DNA from: an uncultured Alphaproteobacteria bacterium | Lineage (GTDB): Bacteria > Pseudomonadota > Alphaproteobacteria > CAAHEQ01 > UBA3637 | Direction: 5' to 3' | Assembly (NCBI GenBank): GCA_934234055.1 | Contig: CAKQGY010000004.1 | Span: 44,631 to 108,630, forward strand | Length of the DNA stretch: 64,000 bases | Shown: positions 9,727-19,785 of the stretch, piece after piece | Position numbering within the stretch: position 1 is the first letter of the stretch | Layout: every line of letters begins with the position of its first letter | Program-made: the position numbers and the translations under genes | The notes under the pieces: generated by a model | Told to the model about the DNA's origin: nothing | What the model saw: only the letters and a program-made list of their open reading frames with translations | Database searches by the model: none

Positions 9727-10509
9727 CTATTCATACACACGCCCGTTCCAGATCAGGCGTGTAATATAGATTTGCTTGCACAATCCCGCTCCGGGTCTTC
9801 CGCCCGCCAGGCGCGGATAAAGTTCCCCGCGATACAAAGCCGATCGAAACTCATTTCTTGCCAGAGTCCCTGTCCCGCGCCAATGTGCCAACAGGCCTTC
9901 AATCTGCACATCATCCCCGTGTTTCAAGATGCTGAGAACTTGGCGTATAGAAGTCTTTGGCACGATGATGTGAAAATTGGATATATCATCATAGTCCACT
10001 TCTACATTGGACGAATTTCTTATCCAACATGCATTTTCTTCATGCTCGATGTCCAGATATTTCATCACTTCTGGCCGCGCCGCCGCACCAAAGACCAAGC
10101 ACAAATCATACGGCGCAATTTTCTTGTATTGTGCCGAATAGTCATCTCCCGCCGTCAAGTACCACCCTTTTAACAGAGAATCATTAATATCCAGGTATCC
10201 GACCGTTCCTCGCACGCGATAGGTTTTAAGGAAAGTGTTTTGCACTTCATATCCCTTCCAGTGATAAATTTTTCCTGCCTGCGGATCGGTATAGTCCGCA
10301 TACACTTCATCGGAATACAGGGGCATCATCGGGTTAGTATTGGGCTTGCCCAGTAACCACACAATCGGTCGTTTTACCCATAGTATCGGCGCGCGTATAG
10401 TTGGCGAGCACGCTCCGATCTGCGTCATTAAAAACAGGATTATCAAGCCGACAATCACTTTTAACATATGTCGTTTGATGGTCAATTCCGCTAAATAGGG
10501 ATCAATCAT
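9727..10509 (-). CDS. hypothetical lipoprotein
   Basis: 260 aa. Signal peptide with lipobox-like LMTQIGAC. No family recognised. Confidence 0.6.
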   Translation of the reverse strand: MIDPYLAELTIKRHMLKVIVGLIILFLMTQIGACSPTIRAPILWVKRPIVWLLGKPNTNPMMPLYSDEVYADYTDPQAGKIYHWKGYEVQNTFLKTYRVRGTVGYLDINDSLLKGWYLTAGDDYSAQYKKIAPYDLCLVFGAAARPEVMKYLDIEHEENACWIRNSSNVEVDYDDISNFHIIVPKTSIRQVLSILKHGDDVQIEGLLAHWRGTGTLARNEFRSALYRGELYPRLAGGRPGAGLCKQIYITRLIWNGRVYE

Positions 10510-10590
10510 TTTTGCCTCCGTTTGCGGGCATCATATCACACACTCCGTCCCGCGTCAATAAAATAAAAGCGCCCGCGCCGCAAAAAAATG

Positions 10591-10619
10591 TTGACATTTC
10601 CGAAAAAGGACTGTATGAT
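10591..10619 (+). promoter_or_regulatory. sigma70-type promoter for tRNA-Ser
   Basis: TTGACA, 17-nt spacer, TATGAT, ending about 15 nt before the tRNA 5' end. Confidence 0.6.
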
Positions 10620-10634
10620 AGCACTGATTAGTAT

Positions 10635-10723
10635 GGAGCGTTGGCAGAGTGGTAATGCAGTGGATTGCTAATCCATCATCCTGTTAAAGGGATGCAGAGG
10701 TTCAAATCCTCTACGCTCCGCCA
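10635..10723 (+). tRNA. tRNA-Ser (anticodon GCU)
   Basis: Acceptor stem GGAGCGT/ACGCTCC plus GCCA. Anticodon loop TTGCTAA, long variable arm CATCCTGTTAAAGGGATG, T-arm GAGGTTCAAATCCTC. Confidence 0.9.
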
Positions 10724-10771
10724 CAATGGCCGACCGGCTTTGCCTGCCAAAGCATTTTTGGGATTCAGAAC

Positions 10772-11983
10772 ATGGATATACAAAATACATTAAAGATTAT
10801 GTTAAAGGGGGCCGCCGACGGCAGTTCTCCCGCTGAAATTATTGAAAAGTTAGAGCAGATTCAAAAAGAGAATCGTCCCATGCGGATTAAACTGGGGCTG
10901 GATCCGTCGGCGCCGGATATTCACCTGGGCCACACGGTTGTCTTGCGCAAGATTAAACAGCTTCAAGATCTGGGCCACCAGGTCATTATTGTCATCGGTG
11001 ATTTTACGGGTATGATCGGTGATCCGACCGGCAAAAGCAAGACCCGCAAACAGCTGACGCGCGAACAGGTCATTGAAAACGCCGAAACTTATCAAAAACA
11101 GATTTTCAAGGTTTTAAACCCCGCTCAAACCACGGTCCGGTATAACAGCGAATGGCTCTCCAAACTGACTTTTCGTGATGTGATAGAATTAGCCGCCAAA
11201 ACAACGGTTGCCCGTATGCTGGAACGTGATGATTTTCAAAAGCGCTATCAGAACAAACAACCCATTGCCATTCACGAATTTTTCTATCCGTTGATGCAGG
11301 CGTATGATTCGGTTGTGTTGCACGCCGATTTAGAGTTGGGCGGCACGGATCAAACCTTTAACATTTTAATGGGTCGCACGATTCAAAAGGATTTCGGCCA
11401 AACCCCGCAAATCACGCTTTTTATGCCGTTGTTAGAGGGGCTTGACGGGGTTGAAAAGATGAGTAAAAGTCTTGGCAACTACATCGGTATTGACGAACCG
11501 GCCACGGTTATGTATGAAAAGGCGATGAAGATTCCCGACAACCTGATTATCAAATACTATGATTTGGTGACGGATGTTCACCCCGACGATGTAGCCAAGG
11601 TCAAGGCTCGTTTGGATGCCGGTGCGAATCCTCGGGATATTAAAATGGAGTTGGCGCGCGAGATTGTCCGCCTCTATTATTCCGAGGAAGAAACGCTCAA
11701 AGCCGAAGAATACTTCAAAACGGCTTATCAAAAGCAGCAAGCCCCGGACGAGGCTATGGTTTTAACGATTCCGACGACCCCGGGCTTGGACAACGGTATG
11801 CTTTTACTGGAAGCCTTGTTCAGCAGCGGCAAGTATAAGTCCAAATCCGACATTCGCCGACTGATTGCCCAAGGCGCCGTTAAACTCAACGGCACTCGGA
11901 TCACGGATATCAAGGCCGTCCCCGCTCTAAACAACCAATCGGTTGTTCAGGTCGGCCGGGGCACTTTCTTCCGCATGTCCTGA
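10772..11983 (+). CDS. tyrS: tyrosyl-tRNA synthetase
   Basis: 403 aa. HIGH-type motif DIHLGH, KMSKS present, C-terminal S4-like domain. Confidence 0.9.
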   Translation: MDIQNTLKIMLKGAADGSSPAEIIEKLEQIQKENRPMRIKLGLDPSAPDIHLGHTVVLRKIKQLQDLGHQVIIVIGDFTGMIGDPTGKSKTRKQLTREQVIENAETYQKQIFKVLNPAQTTVRYNSEWLSKLTFRDVIELAAKTTVARMLERDDFQKRYQNKQPIAIHEFFYPLMQAYDSVVLHADLELGGTDQTFNILMGRTIQKDFGQTPQITLFMPLLEGLDGVEKMSKSLGNYIGIDEPATVMYEKAMKIPDNLIIKYYDLVTDVHPDDVAKVKARLDAGANPRDIKMELAREIVRLYYSEEETLKAEEYFKTAYQKQQAPDEAMVLTIPTTPGLDNGMLLLEALFSSGKYKSKSDIRRLIAQGAVKLNGTRITDIKAVPALNNQSVVQVGRGTFFRMS

Positions 11984-12015
11984 TTTTTCGGACAATTCTC
12001 TAATTCTCCTGTTTT

Positions 12016-12039
12016 TCCCCGCTGCTGCGGGGATTTTTT
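12016..12039 (+). terminator. intrinsic terminator after tyrS
   Basis: CCCCGC-tgct-GCGGGG followed by ATTTTTTG. Confidence 0.7.
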
Positions 12040-12123
12040 GTGTGTTCCTTATACTTTTGCTTGACAAGCCTACAATCGTATGATAAAACATACAATCATA
12101 TATCATTTTATAGGAGGATTCTC

Positions 12124-12942
12124 TTGCCGCCGAAGTTATCCGTTATCACTATTTGCTACAACGCTCCGCGTCTGACGGCCACTTGCGACAGCATTTTGGC
12201 CCAAACTTTCCGTGATTTTGAGTGGATCGTCATTGACGGTGGCAGCGGTCCTGAAACCCAACATATTTGGGACAAGTATAAAGCGCACATCACTCGTTTT
12301 GTATCCGAACCCGACACCGGTATTTATAATGCCATGAATAAAGGTATTCGTTTGGCACGCGGCACTTATGTGTGCTTTATGAATGCCGGGGATTCATTCC
12401 ATGACAGCGCGGTGTTTTCGGACATTTTCGGTGGTGCGATGCCAACGGCCGATGTGGTGTATGGCGATGCGTGCTATCTCAAAAAGTGGGGTTCGAAAAT
12501 TGCTCATTATCCCGATCGGGCAGATCTGATGTATTTTATCAATCGCTCCATCAATCACCAGGCCTCCTTTATTCGCCGCGATTTGTTCACGAAATACGGT
12601 CTTTATGATGAAAGCTACAAAAACGCCGGTGATTATGACAAATGGTTGTGCTTTGCCAAAAACGGCGCCACCTTTCAGCACACGGATCGTGTGGTGGCGG
12701 ATTTTCTGATGGGTGGTCGTTCCAGCGACAAGAAACACACGACCGAGGCCGAGACCGAGTGTTTACGCGCTCTCACCACACATATCAAGCCCGCTCTTTT
12801 GGCGCGTTATCGGTGGCCCGGGGTTCAATATCATTTTTGGGATCGGATTTTCTCTGTCAAAACGGATCGCAAACGCACACACAAGATCATTGCTATTTTG
12901 GGCATACGGTTCAAAGTTCGCTATAATAACACGAAAGGATAA
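12124..12942 (+). CDS. family 2 glycosyltransferase
   Basis: LSVITICYNAPRL...FEWIVIDGGSGPET...YNAMNKG. Probable TTG start after TAGGAGGA; the track start at 12040 is likely too long. Confidence 0.75.
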   Translation: MPPKLSVITICYNAPRLTATCDSILAQTFRDFEWIVIDGGSGPETQHIWDKYKAHITRFVSEPDTGIYNAMNKGIRLARGTYVCFMNAGDSFHDSAVFSDIFGGAMPTADVVYGDACYLKKWGSKIAHYPDRADLMYFINRSINHQASFIRRDLFTKYGLYDESYKNAGDYDKWLCFAKNGATFQHTDRVVADFLMGGRSSDKKHTTEAETECLRALTTHIKPALLARYRWPGVQYHFWDRIFSVKTDRKRTHKIIAILGIRFKVRYNNTKG

Positions 12943-12948
12943 TCTTTA

Positions 12949-14025
12949 ATGAAACACGCGTTGATTACCGGTATCACGGGTCAAGATGGCTCTTATTTAA
13001 CTGAATTGTTGCTGGCCAAGGGGTATGCGGTTCACGGCCTGGTTCGGCGCAGTTCATCTCCGAACACCGGTCGGATTGCCCACCTGATCGGGAATCCGAA
13101 TCTGACCTTACACTATGGTGATTTGATGGACTCGTCGGGTCTCAATCGGTTGGTCGGTGAAATTCATCCCGACGAGATTTACAACCTCGGTGCGCAAAGC
13201 CATGTCAAGATCTCATGGGATTGCCCCGAGTTCACGGCCGAAAGCGACGCTTTGGGCACGCTTCGGTTATTAGAGGCCGTTCGCACCAACCGTTTGGAAA
13301 CTGCGACCCGCTTTTATCAAGCCTCCACTTCCGAGTTATTTGGCCTGATACAAGAGCCCGTCCAAAAAGAGACCACGCCCTTTTATCCGCGTTCGCCCTA
13401 TGGCGTTGCCAAGTTGTATGCGTATTGGATTGTGGTGAATTATCGTGAAAGTTTTAATCTGTTTGCCTGCAACGGGATTTTGTTCAATCACGAAAGCCCG
13501 CGCCGCGGTGAAGATTTCGTCACGCGCAAGATTACCCGAGCCGCCACGCGCATTTTGTTAGGACTTCAAGATCGCCTGTATCTGGGTAACTTGGATGCCC
13601 GGCGCGACTGGGGTCATGCCCGTGATTATGTAGAGGGTATGTGGCGTATGTTGCAGGTCGATAAACCCGCAGATTACGTGCTGGCTACGGGCACGACAAC
13701 TGCCATTCGTGATTTTACAACGCTTGTTTTTCGCGAGCTTGGAATTGATTTGGTCTGGCGTGGCACCGGCATGGACGAGCAGGGGATTGACGCAGCCACC
13801 GGTCGTGTATTGGTTGCGGTGGATTCACGCTTTTTCCGTCCGGCTGAGGTAGATTTACTGCTGGGTGATTCGACCAAAGCCCGCACCGAGTTGGGGTGGC
13901 AGCCTCACACAGATTTAGCGACGCTGGTGCATGAAATGGTTGCCGCGGATTTAACTCTGGCTCGACAGGAAAAGCTGCTCGCTGACAACGGCTTTGACCC
14001 AACGATGTCCGGGGAGGTGCTATGA
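12949..14025 (+). CDS. gmd: GDP-mannose 4,6-dehydratase
   Basis: 358 aa. [23 protein letters not shown]...[10 protein letters not shown]...[10 protein letters not shown]. Confidence 0.9.
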   Translation: MKHALITGITGQDGSYLTELLLAKGYAVHGLVRRSSSPNTGRIAHLIGNPNLTLHYGDLMDSSGLNRLVGEIHPDEIYNLGAQSHVKISWDCPEFTAESDALGTLRLLEAVRTNRLETATRFYQASTSELFGLIQEPVQKETTPFYPRSPYGVAKLYAYWIVVNYRESFNLFACNGILFNHESPRRGEDFVTRKITRAATRILLGLQDRLYLGNLDARRDWGHARDYVEGMWRMLQVDKPADYVLATGTTTAIRDFTTLVFRELGIDLVWRGTGMDEQGIDAATGRVLVAVDSRFFRPAEVDLLLGDSTKARTELGWQPHTDLATLVHEMVAADLTLARQEKLLADNGFDPTMSGEVL

Positions 14026-14825
14026 AACTTGGAATTACGGGTGCCTCCGGTGTTTTGGGCACGCTTTTGTGTCCCCGCCTGGATCGTGCCGGCATCACTT
14101 ATTCCTGCTTTACGGGTGATATCCGCAGCCCTGCTGATTTGGCTGCCTGGACAGCCGATAACGACTGGGACGGTGTGATTCATTTGGCGGCGATTGTTCC
14201 GACTTCTCAGGTGCGCAGTGATCCGTTGACGGCGTATGAAGTGAATGTCTCCGGCACGATCAACCTGATGAATGCTTTGAAATCCGCATGGCAGGGTCGC
14301 CGCGGCTGGGTCTTTTACGCCGGTTCATCGCATGTGTATCAAAGTTCGGATCGTCCTTTACGTGAAGACTCACCTCTGAATCCCGTATCGCTTTACGGCC
14401 AAATGAAGCTGATGGCCGAGCAGGTTGTGGCTACCTGTGGCACGACGAAAGCCTATCCCTTTGATACTTGTATCGGCCGGATTTTCAGTTTTTATCATGA
14501 TACGCAACAGCCGCCGTTTTTGTATCCGAATATCCGACATCGCCTGGCGACCGAAGATTTGGCTCAGCCTTTTATTCTTCCCGGTGCCGACAGCGTGCGT
14601 GATTTCCTGAATGCCGAGCAGGTTGTTGACATTATCACCCGCCTGGCTTTGTGTCGTGCAACGGGAGCGGTGAATATCGCCTCGGGTCGCCCGCAACGCA
14701 TTCGTGATTTTGTGCAGGTGCTTTCTCCCGCACCGCTCACGATTCAAGCCACCGGTACGCCGGATTATCTGGTTGCCGATATCACCCGATTAAAAACAAT
14801 TTTAGGAGAGACAAATGACCAATAA
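14022..14825 (+). CDS. NAD-dependent sugar epimerase/reductase (possible ColC-like GDP-sugar reductase)
   Basis: 267 aa. GASGVLG Rossmann motif, YGQMK catalytic YxxxK. Translationally coupled to gmd. Confidence 0.6.
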   Translation: MKLGITGASGVLGTLLCPRLDRAGITYSCFTGDIRSPADLAAWTADNDWDGVIHLAAIVPTSQVRSDPLTAYEVNVSGTINLMNALKSAWQGRRGWVFYAGSSHVYQSSDRPLREDSPLNPVSLYGQMKLMAEQVVATCGTTKAYPFDTCIGRIFSFYHDTQQPPFLYPNIRHRLATEDLAQPFILPGADSVRDFLNAEQVVDIITRLALCRATGAVNIASGRPQRIRDFVQVLSPAPLTIQATGTPDYLVADITRLKTILGETNDQ

Positions 14826-15705
14826 AGTAACGATTGTTATTCCGACTTTTAACCGTGCGCACCTGGTCTGCGATACCATAGACAGCGCCTTGGCGCAAAC
14901 CGAGCCGTGCGACATTATTGTCTGCGATCACGGCAGCCGCGACAACACCCCGCAAGTTGTCCGAAAATATGGCGATCGGATCACCTATATCCGTCGCGAG
15001 CGCGACTTTGGCCCGCATTTTTGCTGGTTAGAGGGTATATTGAATGCCAACACCGATTTGGTGCATATTCATTACGATGATGACCTGATGGATCCGCATT
15101 TCATAGAGGAAACCCTGCGCTATATGCAGGACGATGTCGGTATGGTTTTCACTGACGCGTGTATGATTGACCGCACCACGGGTAAAACCACCATTCCCGA
15201 GATATTTCAGTTTTCCAAGACTCTTGAAACCGGCATCATGCCCTCCCGAAACTTAGAGAAAATGTTGCTGGACGGCTTGATGCTGTCGCCCGCGATGTGC
15301 CTGTATCGCCGCCGCGATGTGATAGACGCGATTTTGCCGGGCAACCTGCCGATCAATTTCGGTGGCGCGTATCATGGTGTCGGCCCGGATCTGTTGATGA
15401 GTTTGCTGGTCTGCCTGCGTTATCCGAAATGCGCCGTGATTACCCGGCCTTTGGCGCGTTTTGGCACCCATGCGGGCTCTATTACGATTGATGCCGCCCA
15501 CGACCCGGCCAAGCAGCACGCGCTTACCGACGGCTATAATGCGTTTCGCACGTATTATCGGCTGATTAAATTGTATCAGACCAACCCGCTGGTGCGTCAT
15601 GCCACCTTTGTTTGCTCGTCATACAAGCGTTGGAATAAACGCTTGGAACGCCGGGTTAAATTATTCTTAAAAGCGATCGGTTTGCGTCGCAAGGAGGTTC
15701 AATAA
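14815..15705 (+). CDS. family 2 glycosyltransferase
   Basis: VTIVIPTFNRAHLVCDTIDSALAQT...CDHGSRDNT. AGGAGA RBS. Confidence 0.75.
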   Translation: MTNKVTIVIPTFNRAHLVCDTIDSALAQTEPCDIIVCDHGSRDNTPQVVRKYGDRITYIRRERDFGPHFCWLEGILNANTDLVHIHYDDDLMDPHFIEETLRYMQDDVGMVFTDACMIDRTTGKTTIPEIFQFSKTLETGIMPSRNLEKMLLDGLMLSPAMCLYRRRDVIDAILPGNLPINFGGAYHGVGPDLLMSLLVCLRYPKCAVITRPLARFGTHAGSITIDAAHDPAKQHALTDGYNAFRTYYRLIKLYQTNPLVRHATFVCSSYKRWNKRLERRVKLFLKAIGLRRKEVQ

Positions 15706-16871
15706 TGCAACATATCCATTTGGCCGAAGACACCATTTCCCGGGACGAGTTAGCCGCTCTGTCCGATTGGATTCGGGACGATCACCGCCTCACCAAAGGC
15801 CCGCTGTGTCGTCAATTTGAGGCCGAGTTTGCTGCGTGGCAGGGATCCAAATATGCGGTTTTTGTCAATTCGGGCAGTTCTGCGAATTTACTGATGACCT
15901 GGGCTTTGCGTGAAAGCGGGCGTCTCAAAAACAACCGCGTGATTGCGCCGGCTGTGTCGTGGTGCACCACGGTCACGCCCTTTTTACAGCTGGGTTTTGA
16001 TGTATCGCTGTGTGATTGCAGCACCGACGACCTGGGGCTGGATTTGGATCATTTTGAGCACCTGTGCGCAACCGTTCGTCCGGCGGTGGCGATTGTCGTG
16101 CATGTGCTGGGGCATCCCAACAAGATGCGCGAAATCCAAGCACTTTGCCAAAAATACGATATTATTCTGCTGGAAGACAGTTGCGAAGCCCTGGGCAGCG
16201 TTTATGCCGGTAAAAAGTGCGGCAGCATGGGTCTGGCCGGATCGTTTTCATTTTATTACGGCCACCATATTTCCACCATCGAGGGCGGTATGGTTGTCAC
16301 CGACGATCAGGATTTATACAACCTGATGCTGTCCATTCGATCGCACGGCTGGGCTCGGGATTTAGAACCCGCCTACCACGACGCCTGGACGCAGGAATAC
16401 GGCATAGACGCCATTCGGGATTTGTATACTTTTTATTATGCCGGGTTTAATTTACGCTCCACCGACCTGAATGCCTTTTTGGGATTGTCCCAGATTCATA
16501 AAATTGATGCTTACGCCCGCATTCGGAATCGCAACTATCACCTTTATCGCGACAGGTTGCCTGATTTTTGGGCTCAGACCAGCACCCACGATTTTCTGTC
16601 GCATTTTGCCTATGGCGTGATTGTGGACAATCGGTTAGAGGTTTATCGCCACTTGACTCAGAACGGCATAGAGTGTCGTCCGCTGATTTGCGGGAACATC
16701 GGCCTGCATCCGTTTTGGATTAAAACTCACGGCGCAACGCACCTGCCGCATGCGGATTTGGTTCATACGAACGGATTGTATTTACCCAACCATGCGCAAC
16801 TGACACCGGAACAAGTGGACGACATCACGACCTGCTTCCGTTCAGTTGCCCGCCCTAAAACATTTGGCTAG
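15705..16871 (+). CDS. PLP/PMP-dependent sugar 3-dehydratase of DegT/DnrJ/EryC1 family (ColD-like)
   Basis: 388 aa. NSGSSANLL motif. The position of the usual Schiff-base Lys reads FSFYYGHHISTIEGG (His instead of Lys), as in ColD/E1 dehydratases. gmd lies in the same cluster. Confidence 0.6.
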   Translation: MQHIHLAEDTISRDELAALSDWIRDDHRLTKGPLCRQFEAEFAAWQGSKYAVFVNSGSSANLLMTWALRESGRLKNNRVIAPAVSWCTTVTPFLQLGFDVSLCDCSTDDLGLDLDHFEHLCATVRPAVAIVVHVLGHPNKMREIQALCQKYDIILLEDSCEALGSVYAGKKCGSMGLAGSFSFYYGHHISTIEGGMVVTDDQDLYNLMLSIRSHGWARDLEPAYHDAWTQEYGIDAIRDLYTFYYAGFNLRSTDLNAFLGLSQIHKIDAYARIRNRNYHLYRDRLPDFWAQTSTHDFLSHFAYGVIVDNRLEVYRHLTQNGIECRPLICGNIGLHPFWIKTHGATHLPHADLVHTNGLYLPNHAQLTPEQVDDITTCFRSVARPKTFG

Positions 16872-16874
16872 ACC

Positions 16875-17840
16875 ATGCACACAGCTGTTTTATTTTTGTT
16901 TTTCAATCGTCCTGATACCACCCGTGCGGTTTTTGAACGCATTCGTGCCGCCCGTCCGCCGCGTTTGTATTTGGCCGGCGACGGCCCGCGTGCCACCCGC
17001 CCCGGCGAGGATAAAATCGTTCAAGACTTGCGCGATTGGATTGTGTCGCATATTGATTGGCCGTGCCAGGTATTCCGGCATTTTAATCCCACGAACCAAG
17101 GCTGCGGGCACAGTGTTTCGGGTGCCATTACCTGGTTTTTCCGGCACGAACCTCAGGGGATTATTTTGGAGGATGATTGCGTGCCTCATCCGGACTTTTT
17201 CGGCTATTGCGAACAGTTGCTGAAAAAATACCGCACGGATCACCGTGTTTGGCATATTTCCGGTATGAACCCGATCTTGCCGGAAGAGGGGCACCCCGAT
17301 ACTGACAGCTATTATTTCACGCCCTTTATGCATTGTTGGGGCTGGGCTTCGTGGGCGGATCGGTGGTCGCAGTATACATATGATCTGTCGGACTACGATC
17401 CGGCGCATCTGGATCGGATTTCGCCGACCCCTGACGCCTGCCGGTATTGGAGGGATATCCTTGCCCGTGTTTCGCAAATGGATACTTGGGATTATCAGTG
17501 GTTGTTTCAGATCGTTGCCCAACAGGGCTTGTGCATTTGTCCGACCCGAAATTTGATCAGCAACATTGGTGATGACGGTGCGCATATCCGGGGCAACAGC
17601 GACGCCCTGTTTCGCCGGACGTATCCCTGCCTGCCGCTGAAACACCCCGCTGCTGTCGCCGTGGATCTCGCGCGTCTTTCTTGCCAAGAGCGTCTTTTTT
17701 CGGCATTGCAACATCCCAGCCGTCGGACATGCATTTTGCTGTTTGGCATTTTGCCGTTTTTGAAGGTTAAGACCAAACGCCGCACCACTTGGATTTACCT
17801 GTTCGGCCTGCCGCTGCTTCGCCTGAAATCCGATAAATAG
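16875..17840 (+). CDS. putative glycosyltransferase-like protein
   Basis: 321 aa. N-terminus LFLFFNRPDTTRAVFERIRAARPPRLYLAGDGPR recalls a nucleotide-diphospho-sugar transferase fold family. Last gene of the sugar cluster. Confidence 0.45.
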   Translation: MHTAVLFLFFNRPDTTRAVFERIRAARPPRLYLAGDGPRATRPGEDKIVQDLRDWIVSHIDWPCQVFRHFNPTNQGCGHSVSGAITWFFRHEPQGIILEDDCVPHPDFFGYCEQLLKKYRTDHRVWHISGMNPILPEEGHPDTDSYYFTPFMHCWGWASWADRWSQYTYDLSDYDPAHLDRISPTPDACRYWRDILARVSQMDTWDYQWLFQIVAQQGLCICPTRNLISNIGDDGAHIRGNSDALFRRTYPCLPLKHPAAVAVDLARLSCQERLFSALQHPSRRTCILLFGILPFLKVKTKRRTTWIYLFGLPLLRLKSDK

Positions 17841-17872
17841 CTTCCCGCCTCCATTTCGCTTTTCTTAAAAAT

Positions 17873-17914
17873 AGGAAAATAATCCTTGACATTTGCTCCA
17901 AAATGTGATATAGT
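17873..17914 (+). promoter_or_regulatory. consensus extended -10 sigma70 promoter, copy A (tail-fibre locus)
   Basis: AGGAAAATAATCC-TTGACA (17886-17891), 17 nt ending in TGA, then TATAGT (17909-17914). 47 of 54 nt identical to copy B at 28989. Confidence 0.7.
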
Positions 17915-17973
17915 GTTTTTTGGTTAAAAGGCACCCGTGTATTTGTTGCGCGCGGTGTCTTTTGCTATGTGTG

Positions 17974-18001
17974 CCTTGACCGCCCGGTCGAGGTTTTTTT
18001 T
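17974..18001 (+). terminator. intrinsic terminator inside the leader of the tail-fibre operon
   Basis: CCTTGACC-gccc-GGTCGAGG (one G-U pair) followed by T8. Lies between the promoter and the RBS/GTG at 18026. Confidence 0.65.
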
Positions 18002-18025
18002 AATCCCAAAACAAAGGAAATTATC

Positions 18026-19051
18026 GTGTCTCAACACATTTCTATCAAAAGCATTCCGCCGCGAATTCGCTATGTTTCGGACGGTGTGCGCACCACTTAT
18101 ACTTTCCCGTTCGCGATTTTCAAGGCATCAGATCTGACCTTGTATCTGGACAGCACGGTGCAGCAGGCCGGCTCATTTTCGGTTGCCGGTGTCGGGGACA
18201 GCGACGGCGGGCAGATTACCCTGAGCCAACCGCCGGCTGCGGGTGTCATTATCACTTTGGCGCGCGAATTGACCATAGAACGCACCACCGACTTTCAAGA
18301 GGGGGGTGTGCTGCGTGCCGAGGCTTTGAATCACGAATTGGATTATCAAATTGCGTGTCAACAACAGATTGCCGACAGTCTTAATCGGTCTATGGTTTTA
18401 CCGCCTTATGTGACGGATACAGGCGTGAACCTGACGCTTCCGATACCCAGTGCCGGTAAAGCGATTGTCTGGAACAGCAACGGGACGAATCTGGAAAATT
18501 CAGCAGTTGCAGTTAACGCCCTAGAGTCCACTATTAAGGGGTATCGCGATGAAGCCAAAGGGGCAGCTGCCGTTTCGGCTGCCAAGGCCGACGAAGCCGC
18601 GCAGCAAGCCCAATCCGCCACAGCCTCTGCCGCTACGGCCACAGCCCAAGCGCAACTGGCCACCGGTAAAGCCACCGAAGCTGCCGGAAAGGCTGCCGAA
18701 GCCGCAGCAGTTTTATCTGTCAAAGCTGATGTCGGCCTGGGGAACTTGTCCCAATCCGGTAAAGCCGTTATTGCCGCACTGGGTGTGCCGGATTACAGTG
18801 CTGCCGAATCGCGCACCAAAGGCACCACTTACACCGCCGATCGTCCCGGTGTGCTCAAAGTCTATGTCTCGGGTGTTGGAGGCGAGGGCAAAACCGTCAT
18901 CAACGACATTGAATTTTTGAACAACGGCAACACGATGACGATGACATACCTGCTACCGGTTGCGACGGGCGATACTTATTCGTTTGTCGTGAACAGCGGT
19001 TATGGTTCTAATTTCAGTTTTATCCCGTATAAAGGAGTGTCCAATGATTAA
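18026..19051 (+). CDS. phage tail fibre protein
   Basis: N-terminus IRYVSDGVRTTYTFPFAIFKASDLTLYLD...TIERTTDFQEGGVLRAEALNHELD resembles podoviral fibre N-terminal domains. Ala/Gln-rich coiled coil in the middle, then a distinct C-terminal domain. GTG start after AAAGGA. The track start at 17969 lies inside the terminator. Confidence 0.65.
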   Translation: MSQHISIKSIPPRIRYVSDGVRTTYTFPFAIFKASDLTLYLDSTVQQAGSFSVAGVGDSDGGQITLSQPPAAGVIITLARELTIERTTDFQEGGVLRAEALNHELDYQIACQQQIADSLNRSMVLPPYVTDTGVNLTLPIPSAGKAIVWNSNGTNLENSAVAVNALESTIKGYRDEAKGAAAVSAAKADEAAQQAQSATASAATATAQAQLATGKATEAAGKAAEAAAVLSVKADVGLGNLSQSGKAVIAALGVPDYSAAESRTKGTTYTADRPGVLKVYVSGVGGEGKTVINDIEFLNNGNTMTMTYLLPVATGDTYSFVVNSGYGSNFSFIPYKGVSND

Positions 19052-19352
19052 ATACGCAAAAATAGAAAATGAAACAACGAAATCGTGCATTGTGGGCTTG
19101 GGCAATAACGCAGCCGCCTATCAGGCCCGTGGTATGACTTTGCAAGAGGTAGAGCAGGGCCCTGATGGGAACTGGTATTTGTCCGGATTTGCGCCCGTTG
19201 CCCCGACGCCCGATTATCAAGATTTGCGCCGTGCTGCCTATCCGGCGCTGACCGATCAACTGGATATGATCTATTGGGATCAAGTGAACGGCACGACGAT
19301 TTGGCGTGATACAATTGCCGGCATCAAAGCCGCATACCCCAAACCGGTCTAA
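19044..19352 (+). CDS. tail-fibre chaperone/assembly-like protein (hypothetical)
   Basis: 102 aa (MIKYAKIENETTKSCIVGL...YPALTDQLDMIYWD). ATG overlaps the fibre stop. Pattern resembles small phage fibre-assembly proteins. Confidence 0.45.
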   Translation: MIKYAKIENETTKSCIVGLGNNAAAYQARGMTLQEVEQGPDGNWYLSGFAPVAPTPDYQDLRRAAYPALTDQLDMIYWDQVNGTTIWRDTIAGIKAAYPKPV

Positions 19353-19427
19353 CTCTTTCGGGGCGTGGATTGAACTTTTTTCTCCTCGCCCCGTATTTCC
19401 TGCTGTGTTATTTTTTCTTCCTCTTCC

Positions 19428-19473
19428 GTCATTGCCGGAGACGTCTGACATCTTGTGCCAATCCGCAAGGCAC
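19428..19473 (+). repeat. hairpin repeat family copy (GTCATTGC...CCAATCC type)
   Basis: GTCATTGCCGGAGACGTCTGACATCTTGTGCCAATCCGCAAGGCAC, preceded by a CT-rich tract. Confidence 0.55.
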
Positions 19474-19535
19474 TTAATTCTGTATTATTTCACCACCGGC
19501 CAAGATCGGGCACTTTTCCCTTCTAAAAAAGGCCA

Positions 19536-19567
19536 TAAAAAAACCCCGATGCGAATCGAGGTTTTTC
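19536..19567. terminator. bidirectional intrinsic terminator (fibre operon / rpsU)
   Basis: AAAAAACCCCGA-tgcgaa-TCGAGGTTTTT, with A-run and T-run flanks. Sits between convergent genes. Confidence 0.65.
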
Positions 19568-19584
19568 AAACACAGTGCCAAGGT

Positions 19585-19785
19585 CTAACCTTCATTAAAG
19601 CGCTTGCGTTGTAATTTCCGCGAGCGGCGCAGGCCTTCTGTTTTCTTGCGCAGTTTCTTTTCCGACGGTTTTTCGTAATAGCGGCGGAGTTTCATTTCGC
19701 GCAGACTGCCTTCGCGTTGCATTTTTTTCTTTAACACGCGCAAAGCCTGTTCCACATTGTTGTCATGAACAACGATAGTTACCAT
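19585..19785 (-). CDS. rpsU: 30S ribosomal protein S21
   Basis: 66 aa. [34 protein letters not shown]. Confidence 0.9.
   Translation of the reverse strand: MVTIVVHDNNVEQALRVLKKKMQREGSLREMKLRRYYEKPSEKKLRKKTEGLRRSRKLQRKRFNEG

Noticed and set aside
10635-10723. tRNA-Ser as an integration site for the phage-like element or a genomic island
   Set aside because: The next gene is tyrS (housekeeping). The fibre locus lies 7 kb away and the main locus 18 kb away. No partial tRNA duplication or integrase is visible.
17969-18025. Upstream GTG start of the tail-fibre ORF given in the track
   Set aside because: The first 19 codons would overlap the leader terminator hairpin and T8 tract and have no RBS. 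GTG at 18026 follows AAAGGA at proper spacing.
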